This document shows positions 1 through 8,763 of a stretch of DNA of 64,000 nt, in pieces. This DNA is from Bacteroidales bacterium (lineage in GTDB: Bacteria > Bacteroidota > Bacteroidia > Bacteroidales > VadinHA17): NCBI GenBank assembly GCA_017882305.1, contig JADGPU010000001.1, forward strand, positions 7,789 through 71,788, given 5' to 3'. Positions within the stretch are counted from its first letter, which is position 1. Every line of letters begins with the position of its first letter. Position numbers and translations under genes: made by a program. A model generated the notes under the pieces. That model did not search any database, was not told the origin of the DNA, and saw only the letters and a list, made by a program, of their open reading frames with translations.

Positions 1-785
1 AGTCCCGTCAGTTCATTTATTCTTTTACTTAAAGATTGAGCAGCCGAACAGCTCTCCTTGAGTGGATTCCTGATACCTTCTGCAACAACAACTATTGAAT
101 ATTGTTTATTCTCACTAACCCGCCGAAGAAGATATTCCGCAACCTTCTTATCATCATACTGAATCTCAGGTATCAGTATTACATCTCCTCCACCCGCAAT
201 ACCTGAATACAATGCTATCCATCCTGCATTGTGTCCCATGAGTTCAATAATCATAATTCGTTTATGGGAGTTGGCCGTTGAGTGCAGACGATCGATAGCT
301 TCGGTTGCAATGTTTACGGCTGAATCGAAGCCGAATGTCAGATCGGTACCCCATACGTCATTATCAATTGTTTTAGGAATGCCGACAACATTAAGACCTT
401 CCTGTGAAAGAAGATGTGCTGTTTTAATAGTCCCGTTTCCTCCAATGCAAACCAGACAATCGAGACCCATTTGTTCATAATGCTCTTTTATCAGCACAGG
501 CTTGCTAATTTCATTTTTTCCTCTTCCGTTGCTCTTAAATGGTTTTTCTCTTGAGGTTCCCAGAATTGTACCCCCTACGGTTAGTATCCCTGAAAGATCT
601 GATTCGGTAAGTTCGTGGTATTCCTTATTAATCATACCTGTAAAACCATCGCTGATGCCAACCACTGTCATACCGTATTTAACAATTGCTGTCTTACCTA
701 TACCTCTGATTGCGGCATTGATACCCGGACAATCGCCTCCGGCAGTGAGAATGCCAATCCTTTGACCCCTTATTGTATTTACCAT
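1..785 (-). CDS. pfkA: 6-phosphofructokinase; C-terminus lies outside the window
   Basis: Reverse translation from ATG (785-783) reads MVNTIRGQRIGILTAGGDCPGINAAIRG...CIGGNGT...GIPKTIDNDV...ELMGHNAGWIA, the PFK family signatures. The frame stays open to position 1. Confidence 0.9.
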   Translation of the reverse strand, partial: MVNTIRGQRIGILTAGGDCPGINAAIRGIGKTAIVKYGMTVVGISDGFTGMINKEYHELTESDLSGILTVGGTILGTSREKPFKSNGRGKNEISKPVLIKEHYEQMGLDCLVCIGGNGTIKTAHLLSQEGLNVVGIPKTIDNDVWGTDLTFGFDSAVNIATEAIDRLHSTANSHKRIMIIELMGHNAGWIALYSGIAGGGDVILIPEIQYDDKKVAEYLLRRVSENKQYSIVVVAEGIRNPLKESCSAAQSLSKRINELTG

Positions 786-897
786 TTTTAAGCTTTTGGA
801 ATAATTTAAGCAAATTTAACTCTTTATAAGTATATTGAAGTTAATAAATTGTTACAATTATTTGGATTTGCTCTGTGTCCTATATATAACTTTTTTT

Positions 898-930
898 GTT
901 TCCCGCTGATCTCGCTGATTTTCGCAGATT
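898..930. repeat. Left arm of the inverted repeat flanking the GxxExxY gene; three GCWGAT words at 9-10 nt spacing (905, 914, 924)
   Basis: 901-930 (tcccgctgatctcgctgattttcgcagatt) is the reverse complement of 1425-1454 with one mismatch. Confidence 0.85.
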
Positions 931-974
931 AGGAACCGATCTAGGATAACCTTTATAACTTGCGGGAAACATAA

Positions 975-1352
975 TTATAACCCATTTACTTTTCTATAGA
1001 TTGAATGAGAAATCTCATCTGAATTAAAGTTGACAAGTATGCCAAGTTTAATACCTGTCAATTTCAAGTAAGTCAGTACTTGTTTATGATGGACTTCTGC
1101 AATGTTTTCAACAGATTTAATTTCAATAAGTACTCTCTTCTCAACTATTATGTCAGCTCTGAAACCCAAATCTAGTTTAATCTCATTATATACCACAGGA
1201 ATCGGAACTTGAGTTTCTGCCAAAAGATTCATTGCCTGTAATTCATAGACAAGAGCTGCTTCATAAACAGATTCCAGTAAACCAGGTCCCAAAGTATTAT
1301 AAACTTTGAAAATACAACCTCTGATTTTAAAAGAAATATCATTCTCTTCCAT
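975..1352 (-). CDS. GxxExxY family protein (PD-(D/E)XK nuclease-like fold)
   Basis: 125-aa ORF containing GLLESVY (GxxExxY), followed by D..VE..V.IEIK, typical of the small PD-(D/E)XK-like family. Confidence 0.85.
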   Translation of the reverse strand: MEENDISFKIRGCIFKVYNTLGPGLLESVYEAALVYELQAMNLLAETQVPIPVVYNEIKLDLGFRADIIVEKRVLIEIKSVENIAEVHHKQVLTYLKLTGIKLGILVNFNSDEISHSIYRKVNGL

Positions 1353-1388
1353 TTGAATTGATATGGGATTAGTAAATCTTTGTTTCCA

Positions 1389-1454
1389 GCAGATTATGCA
1401 GATAAACGCTGATCATTTAATTTAAATCTGCGAAAATCAGCGAGATCTGCGGGA
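1389..1454. repeat. Facing GCWGAT word arrays upstream of the GxxExxY gene; 1425-1454 is the right arm of the cassette inverted repeat
   Basis: GCAGAT (1389), GCAGAT (1398), GCTGAT (1408), a 12-nt AT spacer, then ATCTGC (1426), ATCAGC (1436), ATCTGC (1445). Word spacing is 9-10 nt. Confidence 0.8.
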
Positions 1455-1634
1455 AAAATCTTTTTTTTAAGCAACGAGACATCTAAATTAGAAAATTTAA
1501 TATAAGTAATCAACTTTTCAACCTAAGAAATGAGCCAAAATCATAAAGAATTCTTTAAACTGTTGCAAGTTTGACCAAATTGCATTTATTGCTTAACTTT
1601 ATGGAGTTCAGTTATTAATCACTAGAAAATTATT

Positions 1635-2516
1635 ATGGAACTGGATTATGTCAAATTGAAGGAGATCAAACCTGCACTTGCCGGATATATCAGAGAATCA
1701 CAGGCTTTACTGAAAAAATCTGTTATACCTGACGAAAAAGCGGTTCATGATATTCGTGTTCTGATGAAGAAATCGAGAGCATTATTGAATCTAACTGCAC
1801 CTCAGCTGGATGAGACATATCGTGTCAGGGATATCTCCGCCTTAAGGGAAGTTGGAAGAATATTGAGCTCATGGAGGGAAACATCTGTACAACGAAAAAT
1901 CCTTAAAGAGTTCAGAAAAGAATATCCGGATATCTTTATCCAACTACATGAAAATGTAATGCTCACCCTTCTTCTTGATAAACATATACCGTTAACAGAA
2001 CCTGACGAGGAGATGAAAGCAACTCTTGAACAAATTGATACGCTTTTGAATAAAACCGGTTACCGGATTAGATTTCAATCTATGAAAAGCATAGATCCCC
2101 GGCTTCTCATAAAAGAACTCGAGATCACATATACAACGATTGTGGATATTTATCTCTCTTGCAGGAATAATCCAAAACCGTCAATGTTGCATAAATTCAG
2201 AAAAAAAGCCAAGGATTTTCTCTTTCAACTTTACATTTTCAGACCATTAAACCCATCTGTAGTAAAAACCCTGGAAAAAAAACTTGATAGTATGACACAA
2301 AATCTGGGAAGGTTTAATGACCTTACTCAAATTATAAAAGCTTTGGAGTACAATTATAGAGAAGACACGAACTTGCCTGCAATGGATGAATTAATAATTA
2401 AGTTCCGTGAAGCTCAGGACCGGTATCTTGCAAAAGTATGGCCGACTGCTTATCAGGTTTTCTGTCCGGGTCAGAAACTGGTAAATGTTCTTGGATTCAA
2501 ACTGCTGGTCATTTAA
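1635..2516 (+). CDS. CHAD domain-containing protein
   Basis: 293 aa, all-helical. VHDIRVLMKKSRALL matches the CHAD HD.RV..K+.R motif, with a second basic helix FRKKAKDF. Confidence 0.7.
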   Translation: MELDYVKLKEIKPALAGYIRESQALLKKSVIPDEKAVHDIRVLMKKSRALLNLTAPQLDETYRVRDISALREVGRILSSWRETSVQRKILKEFRKEYPDIFIQLHENVMLTLLLDKHIPLTEPDEEMKATLEQIDTLLNKTGYRIRFQSMKSIDPRLLIKELEITYTTIVDIYLSCRNNPKPSMLHKFRKKAKDFLFQLYIFRPLNPSVVKTLEKKLDSMTQNLGRFNDLTQIIKALEYNYREDTNLPAMDELIIKFREAQDRYLAKVWPTAYQVFCPGQKLVNVLGFKLLVI

Positions 2517-2551
2517 AAATCTCCAGGGGAATTGAATCCTCGATCACCCCA

Positions 2552-4492
2552 CTAAAATTTCTTAGCTTCAATACCGAATTTAAAGCCAGCTTTAACCCGC
2601 TCTATCAATTCAGGTATGATATCAGTATATTCACCCACAATACCAAAATCTGCATTATGAAAAATATGCGCTTTAGGATTGTGGTCTATGGCGATAATTT
2701 TTTCAGATTCTTTCATACCGGCTAAGTGTTGAATTGCACCGGAGACTCCAACCGCAACATATACTTTTGGACGGATGGTTTTACCGGTTTGTCCGATTTG
2801 TCTGGCATACTCAACAATACCTTCGTCAACTACGGGACGGCTACAGGCCCATTCAGCATTTATTCCCTGACTTTTTAATGCTTCAGCCAGTGCTTGTATC
2901 AAACCTAGATTATCACTTGTTGTCCCTCGGCCACCCGTAATAATAATATCAGCATCAAAAAGATTCTGTAAACCTCCCTCTCCTCTGACTGTTTTAATAA
3001 TTTCTACCACGAAATCTTTATGCTCAAGTACAGGGTTAAAGCTGGAAACAATGCCTTTCCTCCCCTCAACACGTTGCGGAACTTCAAATGTTCCGGCACG
3101 TGCGGTTGAAATCTGTGGACAAACAAAACCTAGAATTGTAGCCAATTTGCTTTCACCATAAGTTGGACGTCTGGATTCAAGAATTGGAGTATAAATAACT
3201 TTTTCTTTTTTATCTATGTACTCTCCAATTTCAAGCCCTGTACAGTCTGCTGTTACTCCACTATCAGTCTTCATGCCTATCCTGGGAGCTAATTCTCGTC
3301 CTGAGGTAGTTGCAGCAAAAAGAGCAATTTCAGGTTTTCTTTCCTTAATGACTTGTGCAAAAATTGATGAAAACGGAAGAACAAGATATTCCTCAAGCTT
3401 ATCATTTTCAACGAGAATAACCTCATCTGAACCATGTTCAATCAGAGTTTGAGCCAAAGATTGAACATTCTTCCCAATTACCAATGTAAGTACTTTGGTG
3501 TCGTTTCCTAACTGTGTTGCCAGGTCTCTGGCCGGAGTTAAAAGCTCGAGTGAAGGTCTGGAGATTTTACCATTAGTTACTTCAGCCCAGGTAATAATTC
3601 CTTTTGCTCCATTTCTGTAGTCTTTTTCAGGGAAATCCGGACGTTCAATTTCTTTTTTGGCTGTTTTCTCCTTCTTTTCTAAAACATTCCCGCCTTTTTT
3701 TAAGTTAGCGATTAAACTATCGACTAATGAAGCTTCATTATGACCTTCGGACATTGTTATAGGCGGACGTTCACTTACAATATTAACTACTTTTACAACA
3801 ATAGTAGGGGAACCGTTGATACCTATTTTTTCGGTTCCTAAACCAATATCATCAATTCCAAAAGTTGTTATGTTCAAGGTGCGGGCTTTTATGGCACCGC
3901 TTAATGAAGGTTTTCGGGGAGGAATTCCGGTTGGAGTCAATGATATAACACAGGGGATAGGTAACTTCAAAATTTGATATCCCCCTTCTATGATTCTTCT
4001 TGCAATTACATTTCCAGCACCATCAGCTTTTACGCTCTCTACAAAAGTGGCCTGAGGAATTCCGATATTCTCGGCTACTTGTGACGGAACATGTGCAGTA
4101 TCACCATCGCTGGTTTGCCGTCCGGCTAAAATGATAAAGGGGTCTTTAGAATCTTTTGAGAAGCCTAAGTGCTTAAGCATGGTAGAAATTGCCAGGCCGG
4201 TAGCATAAGTATCGCTTCCGCCAAGTTTACGGTCGGATAACAGGTAAGCTTCGTCATAGCCCATTGAAATAGCTGTTCTAAGGGAAGTCTCAAACGATTT
4301 CGGACCCATCGAGCAGACGATTAATCTGGCATCGGGATGTTGTTTCCTGAGCTGCAATCCGGCTTCCAGACCAAACTGACAATCAATATTTATTATTGAT
4401 TTTGCTTTTGTGCGGTCCATTAATCCATCTTCCCCCATTCTCATTTCGCTGGGGAGTGGCACTTGTTTTATTAAACTTATTATTGTTAAAGC
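2552..4492 (-). CDS. Electron transfer flavoprotein, EtfB-EtfA fusion
   Basis: ORF 2552..4615 trimmed to the Met at 4492 (MALTIISLIKQVP), because the upstream part overlaps ETF-QO. The N-half is EtfB-like (GRQTSDGDTAHVPSQVAE), followed by a K/E-rich linker. The C-half is EtfA-like (VAVGVSGAIQHLAGM, HNADFGIVGE). Confidence 0.85.
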   Translation of the reverse strand, partial: ALTIISLIKQVPLPSEMRMGEDGLMDRTKAKSIINIDCQFGLEAGLQLRKQHPDARLIVCSMGPKSFETSLRTAISMGYDEAYLLSDRKLGGSDTYATGLAISTMLKHLGFSKDSKDPFIILAGRQTSDGDTAHVPSQVAENIGIPQATFVESVKADGAGNVIARRIIEGGYQILKLPIPCVISLTPTGIPPRKPSLSGAIKARTLNITTFGIDDIGLGTEKIGINGSPTIVVKVVNIVSERPPITMSEGHNEASLVDSLIANLKKGGNVLEKKEKTAKKEIERPDFPEKDYRNGAKGIITWAEVTNGKISRPSLELLTPARDLATQLGNDTKVLTLVIGKNVQSLAQTLIEHGSDEVILVENDKLEEYLVLPFSSIFAQVIKERKPEIALFAATTSGRELAPRIGMKTDSGVTADCTGLEIGEYIDKKEKVIYTPILESRRPTYGESKLATILGFVCPQISTARAGTFEVPQRVEGRKGIVSSFNPVLEHKDFVVEIIKTVRGEGGLQNLFDADIIITGGRGTTSDNLGLIQALAEALKSQGINAEWACSRPVVDEGIVEYARQIGQTGKTIRPKVYVAVGVSGAIQHLAGMKESEKIIAIDHNPKAHIFHNADFGIVGEYTDIIPELIERVKAGFKFGIEAKKF

Positions 4493-4515
4493 CATTATTA
4501 CCGTATATCTTAATG

Positions 4516-6174
4516 TTACATATTTTGAAAATCCGGGCCATTGCCACCATTTGGTACTACCCAGGTAATACCTTTCCCCGGGGATTTTATATCGCATGTT
4601 TTGCAATGCATACAATTTTCAGCATGAATTCTTAGCTCTTTCTGACCGGCTTTGTTGATATGAAGTTCATATACCTCCGACGAACAATAGAATTGCTCAG
4701 GTGCTCCGTATTGTTCAATGTTAACAGCATCGAAATTTTCCTTGTCGTTAATGTGAAGATGTACAACCTGCTGTTCATCATGGTATACTCCTGAATGGTA
4801 AACATCGGTAGACTTATCGAATGTCAACACTTTGTCGAACTCCAATTTACCTCTAAACCGCTCTTTAAATGGTTTCTTTTTAAATTGACTCAATTTAAGT
4901 GTTGTCTGGTAATCGGCATGAGATCTCAATCTGCCAAAGAAACCTGCTCCACCGGTTATTAATTGAGTCGCAAAATGCAATCCGCCAACAATTAGCCCTT
5001 TTGTGAATCCCTGTCTGAAATTACGAACAGCGTACATTTCTTTGTGAATAGCACTGTTATTTACCAGGGTCTCATATTGCTGAAGGCTTTTTTCTGATGT
5101 GTCGTTGTTTGACAATGCATCGGCAGTGGCTTGTGCAGCTAACATTCCGGATCTGACTGCTAAATGTACACCCTTTAAGGCTGGCATAGCAAGCAATCCT
5201 GCGCTATCTCCAACGATTAAGGCATTGTCGACATATAATTTGGGTACAGCGTAATGGCCTCCTTCGGGAAGGGTCTTGGCTCCGTATTCCACCAATTTAC
5301 CGCCTTTTAAAATTTTAGAAACAAAAGAGGTGGTTTTCCATATCTGGAAAGCGTCATGAACATCGAAAGTCGGATCCTGGTAATCAAGTCCGACAACAAG
5401 ACCAATGGCTACTTTATTATCATTTAAGCCATAAATGAATCCACCTCCAAATTCATCATTATCAAGCGGATAACCCATGGTGTGGTAAACATGGCCAGCC
5501 TTAATATTACCTTCCGGGACTGTCCATATTTCCTTGCAACCTAAAGAGTAAACCTGCTCATTTCTCTCCTTGTCCAGGTTAAATTTTTTAATAAGCATTT
5601 TGGTCAGGCTGCCTCGTGTTCCTTCAGCAAAAATGGTAAGCTTGGCTTCAATCCATGTCCCGGACTGAAAGTTTTCCAACTGGTGTCCATGATGATCCAA
5701 ACCAGTATCTTTGGTTTTGGCGCCTGTTACTTTTCCGTCTTTGTACAAAATCTCATCTACGGCAAAACCGGTATATATCTCTACCCCTTTTTCCTCTGCT
5801 TTTATTGCTAAATACCTGCATATCTGACCCAATGAGGCGGTGTAATTGCCATTATTACTCATGTAGGGCAAATGAAATGGCAGGGAGATGGCTCTTTTTA
5901 CCGTGAGCAAAATCGTTTTGTCTTTAGTTACCTTAGCATTGAATGGAATCTCTGAGAAATCCACATCGGGCAACAATTCTTTAAAAACTGATGGTTTAAT
6001 TATTGCACCTGATAAAATATGACTGCCGATTGCACGACCTTTTTCTATAAGTAATATTCTTTTATTTTGGCCTCTTCGTTTTAAGATATCAGCCAGATGA
6101 ATTGAAGCGGCTAAGCCGGACGGACCACCTCCGATTATTAACACATCCGTTGATACGGTATCAATATAACTCAT
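4516..6174 (-). CDS. Electron transfer flavoprotein-quinone oxidoreductase (ETF-QO)
   Basis: 552 aa. N-terminal DVLIIGGGPSGLAAS FAD fold; C-terminal ferredoxin-like CMHCKTCDIKSP; GDSAG motif. Confidence 0.85.
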   Translation of the reverse strand: MSYIDTVSTDVLIIGGGPSGLAASIHLADILKRRGQNKRILLIEKGRAIGSHILSGAIIKPSVFKELLPDVDFSEIPFNAKVTKDKTILLTVKRAISLPFHLPYMSNNGNYTASLGQICRYLAIKAEEKGVEIYTGFAVDEILYKDGKVTGAKTKDTGLDHHGHQLENFQSGTWIEAKLTIFAEGTRGSLTKMLIKKFNLDKERNEQVYSLGCKEIWTVPEGNIKAGHVYHTMGYPLDNDEFGGGFIYGLNDNKVAIGLVVGLDYQDPTFDVHDAFQIWKTTSFVSKILKGGKLVEYGAKTLPEGGHYAVPKLYVDNALIVGDSAGLLAMPALKGVHLAVRSGMLAAQATADALSNNDTSEKSLQQYETLVNNSAIHKEMYAVRNFRQGFTKGLIVGGLHFATQLITGGAGFFGRLRSHADYQTTLKLSQFKKKPFKERFRGKLEFDKVLTFDKSTDVYHSGVYHDEQQVVHLHINDKENFDAVNIEQYGAPEQFYCSSEVYELHINKAGQKELRIHAENCMHCKTCDIKSPGKGITWVVPNGGNGPDFQNM

Positions 6175-6246
6175 TCTATGACCTCCTTGTTAGATATTAT
6201 TTTTCTATAATAATGGATATAACAGTATTGGTTCTAATATGTTTAA

Positions 6247-7752
6247 TCATATTAATTTAAACCAGTCTACGTAACCGGAATCCTCTTTTTTTGGGAATTT
6301 GCAGTGATTGAATTCATTAGTACGTTGGTCATAGCAATAATCTTTCTTCCACTCATCCGCTTTTTCGACTGTCTGCCTGATAGCGTCAGTAATATATAAT
6401 AACTCATCATTCGTCATGGTTGGGTGAAGAGATAACCTTATCCAGCCGGGTTTCATTGAAAGATCTCCGGAGTCAATTTTATCTGTAATCTCTTTTGACA
6501 TCTTAAAATCAACATTTAAAAGGAAATGACCATAGGTGCCTGCACAGGAACACCCTCCTCTTACCTGAATCCCAAAATGGTCGTTAAGAAGGCTGGTAAA
6601 TAGGTTGTGATGTATATTATCAACATAAAAAGAGAAAACACCCAATCTATTCCTGATATCCGAAGCAAGAATGTGCAGATTTCTTATTTTTGATAACTCG
6701 CTGAAAGTTAATTCTATAAGCTCATTTTCTCTCTGATGTATCTTTCTTGTATCCATTTTTTCCTTAAGCTTAACTGCAAGGGCAGCTTTAATGCCTTGAA
6801 GGAATCCCGGAGTTCCGCCATCTTCTTTCACCTCAATATCTGTTATATAGCTGTAACCGCCCCATCGGTTCGTCCATTTTACAGTTCCTCCGCCAGGGCT
6901 ATCGGGAATATCGTTTTTATAAAGTTCTTTATTGAAAATTAAAACTCCGGGGCTTCCCGGCCCACCAAGAAACTTGTGAGGCGAGAAGAATATGGCATCA
7001 AGCTGATAAATCTTGTCAGCCGGGTGCATGTCAATGTCGACATAAGGAGCCGAAGCGGCAAAATCTATAAAACAATATCCGTTATGCTCATGCATTATCT
7101 TTGCAAGTTCATAGTATGGAGGGAAATATCCGGTTACATTGGAACACGATGTGAAAGAACCTATCAGCAATGGACGGTCTTTATACTTTACTATCTCTTT
7201 ACGCAAAGCGTCAGGATTGACTGTAAGATCAGAAGAAGGTTCTAAAACAACAACGTCAGCAAGTGTTTCAAACCAGGATGTGTGATTCGAATGATGCTCT
7301 GTATGCGTTAAAAATACAACAGGACGCTTTCCATTCGGAATATCTTTACATTTTTGATAATTTCCATCATTATAAGCACAGAATTTAATAGCCTGTTCAG
7401 GAACCTTTAATCCAAGGAGTCTTTGGAGTTTGGCAATAGCCGAAGTCATTCCGGTTCCGGTAAATATCAAAATATCATTATCATTGGCATTAACATGGTG
7501 CTTCACTATTTTCTGGGCGAGATGATAGGCATCAGTCATTGCCTTCCCTGTAGATGTTGATTCTGAATGTGTGTTCCCTACCATGGGACCAACATCTTCA
7601 GTAATCCTTTCTTCTATTGGTCTGTAAAGCCTTCCACTGGCTATCCAGTCTGCATAAACCAGTTTCCTGGTTCCATAAGGTGTTCTGATTTCTGCGTCAA
7701 TACCAATGATATTCCTCCTGTACTTTTCAAAATATATTTCAAGATCAGACAT
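6247..7752 (-). CDS. Aminotransferase class-V fold PLP enzyme (cysteine desulfurase-like)
   Basis: SPHKFLGGPGSPG (PLP lysine) and a VRGGCSCAGTYGH loop. The start is moved to the ATG at 7752 because 7753-7842 holds a terminator hairpin and a TAccTTTG box. Confidence 0.75.
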   Translation of the reverse strand: MSDLEIYFEKYRRNIIGIDAEIRTPYGTRKLVYADWIASGRLYRPIEERITEDVGPMVGNTHSESTSTGKAMTDAYHLAQKIVKHHVNANDNDILIFTGTGMTSAIAKLQRLLGLKVPEQAIKFCAYNDGNYQKCKDIPNGKRPVVFLTHTEHHSNHTSWFETLADVVVLEPSSDLTVNPDALRKEIVKYKDRPLLIGSFTSCSNVTGYFPPYYELAKIMHEHNGYCFIDFAASAPYVDIDMHPADKIYQLDAIFFSPHKFLGGPGSPGVLIFNKELYKNDIPDSPGGGTVKWTNRWGGYSYITDIEVKEDGGTPGFLQGIKAALAVKLKEKMDTRKIHQRENELIELTFSELSKIRNLHILASDIRNRLGVFSFYVDNIHHNLFTSLLNDHFGIQVRGGCSCAGTYGHFLLNVDFKMSKEITDKIDSGDLSMKPGWIRLSLHPTMTNDELLYITDAIRQTVEKADEWKKDYCYDQRTNEFNHCKFPKKEDSGYVDWFKLI

Positions 7753-7796
7753 AAAAGTAAGTTTATAACAGAAGAAATATTTAAACCAATAGACAG

Positions 7797-7804
7797 CAAA
7801 GGTA
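7797..7804 (-). promoter_or_regulatory. Bacteroidota-type -7 box, TAccTTTG
   Basis: The minus strand reads TACCTTTG about 45 nt upstream of the ATG at 7752. Confidence 0.45.
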
Positions 7805-7819
7805 ATCACTTTCAATTGT

Positions 7820-7849
7820 AAAAAAAGAGGCGCTGGATTCAACGTCTCT
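7820..7849 (-). terminator. Intrinsic terminator after the DsrE-like gene
   Basis: The minus strand reads AGAGACG-ttgaatccag-CGCCTCT followed by TTTTTT. The 7-nt stem has one mismatch. Confidence 0.55.
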
Positions 7850-7877
7850 TCTCATTATTAGCATGGAATGGAATTTT

Positions 7878-8375
7878 CTATGTAAAAATTATCTGTGCAC
7901 CTTCTCCACCTGCAAGTTCATAAAACTCACCAACAGTCAGGATCCTGCTGACATGGTCACTAAGATCTTCCTTTTTTAACTTGAACATATCCACAGCAGT
8001 CTTACAGGCATATATCTTACCACCTCCTGCGGTGATCAGATCAAGAAATTCACTCACAGGAGGAATATCAAGTTTTTCCATTTGGCCCTTCATCATCCAT
8101 GAAGTGAATGCTTCCATTCCCGGAATAATACCTAAAAGTGTTGGCATTCTCATACCTCCGGGCAGACGTAACGCAGGGTTGCCTACAACTCCGGTATGTA
8201 GCTTATCCATCCTGTTTTTTGTTATTGCATCCATACCAAAGAATGTGAAGAAAAGGTTTGCTTCAAGTCCTTCCATAACTGCACCATTTCCCAATATCAG
8301 GGTAGCATAAACATCCTCAATTGAGCCTTTGGCGCAAATGAGACTTACTTTTTTTATTGGAAATTTTTGTTCCAT
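7878..8375 (-). CDS. DsrE/DsrF/DrsH-like family protein
   Basis: 165 aa. VSLICAKGSIEDVY and GGKIYACKTAVDMF resemble the DsrE-like sulfur-relay / 'peroxiredoxin family' fold. Confidence 0.7.
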   Translation of the reverse strand: MEQKFPIKKVSLICAKGSIEDVYATLILGNGAVMEGLEANLFFTFFGMDAITKNRMDKLHTGVVGNPALRLPGGMRMPTLLGIIPGMEAFTSWMMKGQMEKLDIPPVSEFLDLITAGGGKIYACKTAVDMFKLKKEDLSDHVSRILTVGEFYELAGGEGAQIIFT

Positions 8376-8396
8376 AAGACTTAGTTTTATAATAGA

Positions 8397-8708
8397 TTAA
8401 ACGCAACTTGCTGGTTTTGGTATCCCGGCTATTTTTGTCGCTTTTTTCAGGGGTGCCCCAGGAAAAAGCTGGTAGAACGTTTTAACATCAATTACTCCTG
8501 AGTGATTAATGCTCCTGATAGATAATGCTTCACCTCCGTTAAATCTGTTACGGAGAAACTCCATGATTGCATAATGCTGTCCTGTAAGAACAATTCCTTC
8601 TTCTTTAGCAATTTCAACTGCAATTTCTTTTGTCCATTGTGAAGGATTTGTAAAATATCCCTCTTCGTTAACATCTACTTTAACGTCTGCGTAAGTTTTT
8701 TGTGCCAT
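8397..8708 (-). CDS. TusE/DsrC/DsvC family sulfur-relay protein (TusE-like, single C-terminal Cys)
   Basis: 103 aa ending GIPKPASCV, the family's penultimate-Cys arm. There is no second Cys about 10 residues upstream. Confidence 0.85.
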   Translation of the reverse strand: MAQKTYADVKVDVNEEGYFTNPSQWTKEIAVEIAKEEGIVLTGQHYAIMEFLRNRFNGGEALSIRSINHSGVIDVKTFYQLFPGAPLKKATKIAGIPKPASCV

Positions 8709-8763
8709 AATATAGAAATTAGATTATCAATTGTTAATTAACTGATTATTATTAATAAATGCT

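Noticed and set aside
4493-4615. The N-terminal 41 codons of the ETF ORF, overlapping the 3' end of ETF-QO.
   Set aside because: The EtfB homology starts at MALTIISLIKQVP (4492). The extension has no ETF-like sequence and would overlap the upstream gene by 100 nt.
7753-7842. The N-terminal 30 codons of the class-V PLP enzyme ORF.
   Set aside because: The region contains a hairpin with a T-run and a TAccTTTG box on the coding strand. The hydrophobic peptide is unlike the family N-terminus.
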